From Candidatus Woesearchaeota archaeon (GTDB lineage: Archaea; Nanobdellota; Nanobdellia; Woesearchaeales; ARS49): a stretch of DNA of 30,835 nucleotides. How positions within the stretch are numbered: the stretch's first letter is position 1; the number at the start of each line of letters is the position of its first letter. This document shows, one piece after another, positions 16,808 to 22,722 of the stretch. The notes under the pieces are model-generated. The model saw only the letters and a program-made list of their open reading frames with translations, was not told the DNA's origin and made no database searches. The position numbers and the translations under genes are program-made. The DNA is taken from positions 1 to 30,835 of the forward strand of contig JAHFOI010000011.1 in NCBI GenBank assembly GCA_023266895.1. Reading direction: 5' to 3'.

Positions 16808-17023
16808 ATGGAGGCAAAACAAGCGCATCGTATAGCAACCCTACGACAAGACATACGTGCAGAGCTTGAGCAAGATGAAGGATCTTGGCTTGAAGAATTG
16901 CATGACAACGACGAATTGAGTGACCAAGAAGAAGGCTGGTGGCGTGGTGAATGTGCTGCTGAAAATGGCGAGGATTTGTGGAAGCAACATGATGAAGACT
17001 CACTTTGGGGCTGGGAGGAGTAA
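16808..17023 (+). CDS. Small highly acidic Trp-rich protein (71 aa)
   Basis: MEAKQAHRIATLRQDIRAELEQDEGSWLEELHDNDELSDQEEGWWRGE...LWGWEE. SD-like GGGGGGTGTGG lies directly upstream. First gene of a tightly packed micro-protein operon. Confidence 0.5.
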   Translation: MEAKQAHRIATLRQDIRAELEQDEGSWLEELHDNDELSDQEEGWWRGECAAENGEDLWKQHDEDSLWGWEE

Positions 17024-17024
17024 C

Positions 17025-17138
17025 ATGCTACAAAGTGAGATTTTTCTCACTGACATTGATGAGGCAAAAACGTTCATCCATGAACTCAAAGATCCTGAAG
17101 CATACTTTCAGCACAAACTGGACGAGAAGGTGAATTAA
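17025..17138 (+). CDS. Micro-protein (37 aa)
   Basis: The ATG lies 1 nt after the upstream TAA (TAACATG). Sequence MLQSEIFLTDIDEAKTFIHELKDPEAYFQHKLDEKVN. Its stop overlaps the next start (TAATG). Confidence 0.4.
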   Translation: MLQSEIFLTDIDEAKTFIHELKDPEAYFQHKLDEKVN

Positions 17139-17272
17139 TGAAAAAAAACAAGTGTGTATCTTGTGGAACAATTATTGAAAAACTTGCCACTGACGATCCC
17201 TACACTTGTCGCTCATGTGAACTTGATCATGGCACAGAACTGGGCCGTTATGACTGGTTAGACAAAGCATAG
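17138..17272 (+). CDS. Zinc-ribbon micro-protein (44 aa)
   Basis: MKKNKCVSCGTIIEKLATDDPYTCRSCELDHG... with CxxC...CxxC. Overlaps the upstream stop by 1 nt. Below the ORF-track cutoff; translated by hand. Confidence 0.5.
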   Translation: MKKNKCVSCGTIIEKLATDDPYTCRSCELDHGTELGRYDWLDKA

Positions 17273-17296
17273 TCTTCACTCACGTATCTGACAGGA

Positions 17297-17329
17297 ACAC
17301 CGTGGGCTTCACCGCCTACGGTGTTTTTT
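17297..17329 (+). terminator. Hairpin plus T6 tract after the three-gene micro-protein operon
   Basis: ACACCGT-14 nt-ACGGTGT (7-bp stem) runs directly into TTTTTT. Confidence 0.5.
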
Positions 17330-17358
17330 AGCAATAAACTTTGTTAAGGGGGTGTGGC

Positions 17359-17481
17359 ATGGAAACCTGTCCAAGTTGTGGGCAAATAATGGTTGGTGCA
17401 GCAGGATTTTGCAAACGATGTGGCACTATTACTGTGCACGACCTGAAAAATCATTCATTTAACTGGAACGACTATTATTAA
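17359..17481 (+). CDS. Zinc-ribbon micro-protein (40 aa)
   Basis: METCPSCGQIMVGAAGFCKRCGTITVHDL... with CxxC...CxxC. Preceded by the same GGGGGTGTGG motif as the gene at 16808. Translated by hand. Confidence 0.5.
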   Translation: METCPSCGQIMVGAAGFCKRCGTITVHDLKNHSFNWNDYY

Positions 17482-17535
17482 ATTACTTCCAGAAAAATGA
17501 AAAAAGTGCTTTAAAGACTTTCTTATATTTTTTAC

Positions 17536-17709
17536 TCATTCATGAGGTTCTGATGTTAATAAAGGCAGTACAAGATATGCAAATCCTCCAAGTAACAGCA
17601 TAATAAGCCAAAAGATTTGCCATGAAAGAAAGTCTATTGCACGTAGAATAAACAACACAATTGCCACACTAGCAAGCATTCCTGAAAAGAGTTTAACAAA
17701 AGAAATCAT
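17536..17709 (-). CDS. Small membrane protein (57 aa, two predicted TM helices)
   Basis: Its start overlaps the DUF1385 stop (ATGA). Sequence MISFVKLFSGMLASVAIVLFILRAIDFLSWQIFWLIMLLLGGFAYLVLPLL.... Translated by hand. Confidence 0.45.
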   Translation of the reverse strand: MISFVKLFSGMLASVAIVLFILRAIDFLSWQIFWLIMLLLGGFAYLVLPLLTSEPHE

Positions 17710-18542
17710 AGTACACCTTTAACTGCTGCAATTGCAACTTCAACCTGGTCATCAGTTGGTTCTCTTGTTGTGAGTCGTTGTACAAGCAAGCCTGGCTGAA
17801 CAAGTATCTTGCTGAGTTTTGCTCGTCGCGCGCTCAACTTTAATAATTCAAAAGAAATGCCAACAATAACTGGCACAAGGACGAGTCGTGCTGCAATGTT
17901 ATAATACCACGAACTAAAGCGCACGAGAGAAAAAAAGAGAATGCTTACCACCACAACAATCACCAAAAATGACGTGCCACAACGCGGATGTTCTGGTCTG
18001 AATTGTTGCACATTTTTAGCAGTAAGTATTTTTTTGGCCTCATGACAGTGTACTGCTTTATGTTCTGCACCGTGATACATGAAGGATTGTAACACATCTG
18101 GAAATAAAGACATTGTTGCAAGATAGAGTATAAACACCACCATGCGTATAATGCCCTCAGTAATGTGAAACCATAAACTTGTGGGCAAAAACCAGATTCT
18201 TGCAAGATAGTATGGCGCAAATACAAACAGTCCAATAACAAGCACTCCTGCAAAAAGCATGCTTGTTGCACCCTCCCACCACTTCATTTTTTGCGCGTCT
18301 TGCAATTCTGCACTCCACACAAGCGCGCGATAGCCTATTACCAACATTTCAACGAGCGAAACAATACCTCGTATGACTGGTAGTGCGAAGAATCGTGATT
18401 TTTTTGTCCAGCTCACATAAGGTCTTGTTTTGCGTACAATGCCTTTAGGTGTTCGTGCAGCCATGCTTATCTTAGCATTTGTCTTGATAAGCACTCCTTC
18501 AATAAGTGCTTGTCCTCCAAGAGCAAGTGATTCTTCAGGCAT
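17706..18542 (-). CDS. DUF1385-family integral membrane protein
   Basis: N-terminal GGQALIEGVLIK signature and the YHGAEHKAVHCHE motif, with multiple TM segments. TATA-like TTTATATA lies 22-29 nt upstream of the ATG. Confidence 0.7.
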   Translation of the reverse strand: MPEESLALGGQALIEGVLIKTNAKISMAARTPKGIVRKTRPYVSWTKKSRFFALPVIRGIVSLVEMLVIGYRALVWSAELQDAQKMKWWEGATSMLFAGVLVIGLFVFAPYYLARIWFLPTSLWFHITEGIIRMVVFILYLATMSLFPDVLQSFMYHGAEHKAVHCHEAKKILTAKNVQQFRPEHPRCGTSFLVIVVVVSILFFSLVRFSSWYYNIAARLVLVPVIVGISFELLKLSARRAKLSKILVQPGLLVQRLTTREPTDDQVEVAIAAVKGVL

Positions 18543-18649
18543 GAAACAAACAAATCAAATAAGTATATAAAGAATACGGAATGTTTTGCTCCGTCTCAAT
18601 GCTGATTCTGTCATATTCTATCAACAGGATTAGTATACTGTCAAAGATT

Positions 18650-19435
18650 TCATTTTCCACCTTCATGACGCGTGAATGTTCCTGTGCCTTTGTCTTTTTG
18701 AATACTTGTGAGCACATCATCAGTAACTTTTTTGAGCATGCGTTCTGCATCTTTGTAGTCTTCTGCAATGACTGTAAGGTGATATGTTCCTGCACCAGTA
18801 TACGCTATGCGTTTGTTTCCTGAGGCTTCTCCAGCTTTTGCCAGAGCTTTTTTGATGAGCTCAATACCATTTGGTGCATGGCTTTGGAGTTTAAAGTCTC
18901 CTGTGAGCTTGACTTCTGGCGGTTTGATACGTTCCTTGACTATTGTTGTGATTTGCTGGGCAAGTGTTTTTTCTATGCCAAGTTTTTCTAAGGAGGCATT
19001 ACTGAGTGCAACCGCAACAAGACAGGGATACACTCCAGTATATTGTGCAAGCACTTTTTGACTAATTGCTTCATAAAGCACCGCAGGCTCTTCTGATCGT
19101 GCTTTTGCGACTTGTTCAAGAATTTTTTCTGCAAGCTGCTCTTCTTTGATCTGGTTTGTTTTTTCGCGTTTTTGCGCTTCATTTACTCGACGAATGCTCA
19201 AATCAATATGTCCGCGTTCTTTGTCCACGCGCAAGACTTTGCACACGATTTTCTTGCCTTCTTTGACATAATCGCGTATGTTACGTATGCGTCCTGGTGC
19301 AACTTCTGAAATGTGCACAAGTCCTGTACGCTTGTTATACTCATCCATAACTGCAAACACAGAGTGTGGGTTTATTCCTGTGACTGTGCAAAGCACGAGT
19401 TCTTCTTCTGCAGGAAACTCAGTCTTTTTTGCCAT
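18650..19435 (-). CDS. eif2a: Translation initiation factor 2 subunit alpha (aIF2-alpha)
   Basis: S1 domain (GLVHISEVAPGRIRNIRDYVKEGKKIVCKVLRVDKERGHIDLSIRRV) and the typical C-terminal alpha-beta domain. Start trimmed to ATG 19435 (MAKKTEFP...), because the ORF-track start overlaps rps27e. Confidence 0.9.
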   Translation of the reverse strand: MAKKTEFPAEEELVLCTVTGINPHSVFAVMDEYNKRTGLVHISEVAPGRIRNIRDYVKEGKKIVCKVLRVDKERGHIDLSIRRVNEAQKREKTNQIKEEQLAEKILEQVAKARSEEPAVLYEAISQKVLAQYTGVYPCLVAVALSNASLEKLGIEKTLAQQITTIVKERIKPPEVKLTGDFKLQSHAPNGIELIKKALAKAGEASGNKRIAYTGAGTYHLTVIAEDYKDAERMLKKVTDDVLTSIQKDKGTGTFTRHEGGK

Positions 19436-19520
19436 GCATGAAAAAACACAGAAGAGGTTAATAAAGGTAGGGGTGAAAAAGAGTGGACGCAAGAGCCATA
19501 TTAAGAACTTCAGTATGATT

Positions 19521-19706
19521 TTATTCAAGCACTTCGAGCACGCGTGCTTTGACTTTTGCTTTGCCGCCTGTGGGTTCTGCAAGTGGTTTTACGCACACCA
19601 GGCAATTGACTGCGGTGCTTGCTTTGCCAAACATGATTTGTTCATTTTTGCATTTTGGGCAGCGTATTTTGATGAATTTGCTGCTTGTTTCTTTGAGTGG
19701 GTTCAT
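19521..19706 (-). CDS. rps27e: 30S ribosomal protein S27e
   Basis: 61 aa with the zinc ribbon CPKCKNEQ...CLVC, and a typical S27e N-terminus (FIKIRCPKC). Confidence 0.9.
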   Translation of the reverse strand: MNPLKETSSKFIKIRCPKCKNEQIMFGKASTAVNCLVCVKPLAEPTGGKAKVKARVLEVLE

Positions 19707-19715
19707 GTTGTTTCC

Positions 19716-20024
19716 TTATGTGAATTCTACTTTTTTAAGTCGTGTTCCTGGTTGGTGTGGTGTCCATGTTTTTTTGCACGTGGTGCACGTAAATCTAAAG
19801 TCTGTTTTTTTGGTTTGCTTTTTGCCATACATTTTTCCACCACCTGGTGGACGTGAGTATCTGCCATGGTTTCCCATAGTCGCAAGCCTGCGCCATTTTG
19901 CTCTACTACCATGACTCATAGGGTGTGCTGTGCCCATGGTTTTTTTCTTTGCAAGCTCTGCCTTGTGTTCTGTGTGCTTTTTGCACTTTGGGCAATATCG
20001 CTTGACTGTTTTTGGATACTTCAT
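19716..20024 (-). CDS. rpl44e: 50S ribosomal protein L44e
   Basis: MKYPKTVKRYCPKCKKHTEHK... plus C-terminal CTTCKK. Start trimmed to ATG 20024. TATA-like TTTAAAAA lies 22-29 nt upstream. Confidence 0.9.
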   Translation of the reverse strand: MKYPKTVKRYCPKCKKHTEHKAELAKKKTMGTAHPMSHGSRAKWRRLATMGNHGRYSRPPGGGKMYGKKQTKKTDFRFTCTTCKKTWTPHQPGTRLKKVEFT

Positions 20025-20086
20025 GCACAAACAAACAAGCATGGGTTTTTAAAGGTTATGGCAAACATTCTGCAATGCAATTAAAT

Positions 20087-20836
20087 TCATTCTTCTATTT
20101 CTTTTGCTTTTCCCGTGGTGATAAGTATTTCTGCCAGCAAGAGTGGTATGTAGGCTTTATCTTCAGGGCTGTAAGGACCATAAGGTTCTAGTTCTTCACC
20201 GAGAAATTGGTCTATAGGTGTAAGGAATTTGAGGAGTTTTGCCCCGCTAGTATGAGACAGTGACTGAGGATTTGTTGGAGAAACCGTGTGTGCATTTGTG
20301 GGAGTGTCTTGTAAGCTTGTTGGAGAATGACTTAGTTCTTCGTGTGGTGTTTCAGGTCTTGCAGTCGGCATGCCCAAAATGTCATGCAGTGCGCCAGTTA
20401 TGCTTGGCTGCTGCAAGGCCAGTAGTTTAATGAGCACGCCTTCTCTACTCATGTTTAGAGTGTGCACGAGCATTTCATATAATGCTTTTTCTTCAGGTAA
20501 TAAGAATTGTGTGTTAATGAGGTTGCTGTTGGTTCTGCTTTTGTTGACTGAGAGTTCTATGATTTTTTTTTCTCTACGCTCATACAAATCTTTAATGAGG
20601 CGTTTTGCGTTTTGCAATTGTTGCAGTGTTTTGTCACGTTCACTTAAGCTGAAAATATCGCTTTTTGCCATACAGGAATCATAATATGCTTGTTTTTCGC
20701 GCAAGTAATTCAAAAGGTCACGATATATAACAAGTGATAGTTCTTGGACTTCCTCTTTGTTTTTTTCTCTGCGAAACAAATCATAGAGTGTCTCGTACGT
20801 GATAACGCCTGCCGTATCATTATCTGCGTCTGCCAT
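20087..20836 (-). CDS. GINS-like DNA replication complex subunit (Gins51/Gins15-type), putative
   Basis: N-terminal helical A-domain pattern (ITYETLYDLFRREKNKEEVQELSLVIYRDLLNYLREK). C-terminal B-domain pattern (LLKFLTPIDQFLGEELEPYGPYSPEDKAYIPLLLAEILITTGKAKEIE). The two are joined by a Pro/Ser/Thr-rich linker. Start set at ATG 20836. Confidence 0.55.
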   Translation of the reverse strand: MADADNDTAGVITYETLYDLFRREKNKEEVQELSLVIYRDLLNYLREKQAYYDSCMAKSDIFSLSERDKTLQQLQNAKRLIKDLYERREKKIIELSVNKSRTNSNLINTQFLLPEEKALYEMLVHTLNMSREGVLIKLLALQQPSITGALHDILGMPTARPETPHEELSHSPTSLQDTPTNAHTVSPTNPQSLSHTSGAKLLKFLTPIDQFLGEELEPYGPYSPEDKAYIPLLLAEILITTGKAKEIEE

Positions 20837-20862
20837 CCCCAAAAAGAACTCATCAACTAGCG

Positions 20863-20870
20863 TATTTAAA
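20863..20870 (-). promoter_or_regulatory. TATA-box-like element for the GINS-like gene
   Basis: Minus-strand TTTAAATA lies 27-34 nt upstream of ATG 20836. Confidence 0.4.
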
Positions 20871-20928
20871 GATTGTTGTGACCAAAAACAGGCATTAAAA
20901 GCAAGCGTACACACTCTATTCTGTAAGC

Positions 20929-20936
20929 TTTATAAG
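20929..20936 (+). promoter_or_regulatory. TATA-box-like element for the radical SAM gene
   Basis: TTTATAAG ends 22 nt before ATG 20958, which suggests a leaderless or near-leaderless transcript. Confidence 0.4.
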
Positions 20937-20957
20937 ACAAATACTCCTTCTGGAATC

Positions 20958-22175
20958 ATGGCCGTACTATCATTTGAAACACTGCGTTTTGCATTGTGTA
21001 CTGGTGGTGTGCAAGTCACTTTTTTGACTATGTTTGAGTGTATCATCCAAAAGCAAGATTTAGACAGAATTAGTAAATGGCAAGTTAACGCAAACACTAT
21101 TGCCTTTGACAACGTTTCTGATGATGTTGCTGCAAAAAAATTTCATCAGGCGCTTCTCAAGGCATTTCATTCTCTGAAAAACAAGTTAAATGGTAAACCT
21201 GCAGTGTACGTGCACAAAAATAGTGGGATTCCTTTGCTCGGCAATGTTGCGTTTGGTATTCTGGATCGTGGCACAAAAACTATTGAGGTGCGTCCGATTA
21301 CAGCATGTAACATTCGGTGCGTGTATTGTTCTGTTGATGAAGATAAGCGTCCTGTTGATTTTGTTGTTGAAGCAGAATATTTGGCTGAAGAAACAAAGAA
21401 TCTTATTGAGACAAAGGGCATTGATGGTGTTGAGATTTTGATTAACAGTCAGGGCGAGCCAACATTGTATCATGACCTGGCAACTCTTGTGAGGTGTTTA
21501 CGTGCGATTCCTCAAGTTAAAGAGATTTCTCTTATAACAAATGGCACCTTGCTCACGCATGAGCGCGTTGATGCATTGCTTGCTGCTGGCTTGTCGCGCG
21601 TGAATTTGAGCATTAATGCAAGCACGCAGGAAACTGCAAGAAAGGTTGCTGACGCTGGTTATTCTTTAAAACAAGTGCATGAACTTGCCAAATATCTGGC
21701 AGATAAGGTTGAGCTCGTGATTGCACCGGTATGGGTTCCTGGCTGGAATGATGCTGAAATGAGTGAGATTGTTGGGTTCGTGAAGTCTTTGAAAAATACA
21801 AGGTTTTCTCCGCGTTGTTGTATTCAAAACTTTTTGCCTTACAAGTTTGGCAGGAATCCAACAACTCAAATGCCTTGGGAAAAGTTTTATGAAAAACTTG
21901 CTGAACTTGAAAAAAAACATGAGATCAAGCTGACTGTTGACGCGTCTGATTTTCCTGAGACTCTCACCAAAGTGGGTGAGCTTCCTAAGCCGTTCAAAAA
22001 AGATGATATCGTGACTGCTGAGATTCTTGGTCCTGGCCGTCTTGAAGGTGAGACATTAGCTATTGCCAAGAATAGAACCATTTCTCTCTTAAAATACACT
22101 GGTGTGCGCAAGGGCAGTGTTAAGGTGCGCATCACGCATACAAAGCACAATATTTTTGCTGGAATGGTGGTGTGA
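20958..22175 (+). CDS. Radical SAM protein with C-terminal TRAM-like beta domain
   Basis: CxxxCxxC cluster motif ACNIRCVYCS and a MoaA/TYW1-like core (GEPTLYHDL, ITNGTLL, NLSINAS). C-terminal beta-rich tail DDIVTAEILGPG...VKVRITHTKHNIF. Start chosen at ATG 20958; ATG 21030 is an alternative. Confidence 0.75.
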   Translation: MAVLSFETLRFALCTGGVQVTFLTMFECIIQKQDLDRISKWQVNANTIAFDNVSDDVAAKKFHQALLKAFHSLKNKLNGKPAVYVHKNSGIPLLGNVAFGILDRGTKTIEVRPITACNIRCVYCSVDEDKRPVDFVVEAEYLAEETKNLIETKGIDGVEILINSQGEPTLYHDLATLVRCLRAIPQVKEISLITNGTLLTHERVDALLAAGLSRVNLSINASTQETARKVADAGYSLKQVHELAKYLADKVELVIAPVWVPGWNDAEMSEIVGFVKSLKNTRFSPRCCIQNFLPYKFGRNPTTQMPWEKFYEKLAELEKKHEIKLTVDASDFPETLTKVGELPKPFKKDDIVTAEILGPGRLEGETLAIAKNRTISLLKYTGVRKGSVKVRITHTKHNIFAGMVV

Positions 22176-22679
22176 AATAGTAAGTCAATCAATCTTTTAA
22201 CGTGCCACAGATATCTTCGCTCCATGCCTAAATACTGTGGACGTACTGCCCGCACAGAGCTTGCACCACTAGAAAGCAGGGTTGCAATTTTTTGCATTAG
22301 CAGTGCTTCAATACGAAAAAAATCGCCTCCTGTAGAAGAATCTGATATCACAGTTGGACTGATTTTTGATGCTACAGACACTGTTGTTGAATTTTTTCGA
22401 GCAAGTTGAAAAGCAGGAAGCATTAAGGAAATTGCAAGTATACAAGAGTGTGAACATTACACTGCTGAATCAGTTCCAGTTACTGAAAAATATCGTTTTG
22501 GTGGAAGTCCAAAAGTACTTACTCCTAAAGATCAAGTTTTTCTTACAACAATGTACCACTTCATGTATCTTTCTAACAAAAAATAGAAGAATCTTTTTTT
22601 CTTGAACAGAGCATAGTTTTTTTGAGAAAAAAGAGAAGAAAAATCTACTATTCTTTTATCTACACTAAGTTGATTTCTT

Positions 22680-22715
22680 AAAGAAAAAGAAAATAAAAAA
22701 AAGAAAATAAAAAAA
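22680..22715 (-). terminator. Oligo-T terminator region downstream of the S-layer gene
   Basis: The minus strand reads TTTTTTTATTTTCTTTTTTTTATTTTCTTTTTCTT starting 7 nt after the stop. It contains a tandem 12-nt repeat (plus-strand GAAAATAAAAAA twice). Confidence 0.5.
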
Positions 22716-22722
22716 GTCGCGC

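Noticed and set aside
18543-18823. ORFs 18535..18795 (-) and 18581..18823 (+), and a search for a Nop10-like gene downstream of aIF2-alpha
   Set aside because: Both overlap the aIF2-alpha 3' end and the DUF1385 promoter. No CxxC...CxxC Nop10 signature is present in any frame.
22407-22409. TGA recoding (alternative genetic code or selenocysteine) as an explanation for the interrupted ORF
   Set aside because: TGA clearly terminates several confident genes in this window, and no SECIS-like hairpin was evident downstream. A pseudogene or chance ORF is more parsimonious.
21887-22423. 178-aa minus-strand ORF overlapping the 3' end of the radical SAM gene
   Set aside because: Two thirds of it is antisense to a confidently called CDS. 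The remainder has low-complexity Ser/Thr composition and no expression signals.
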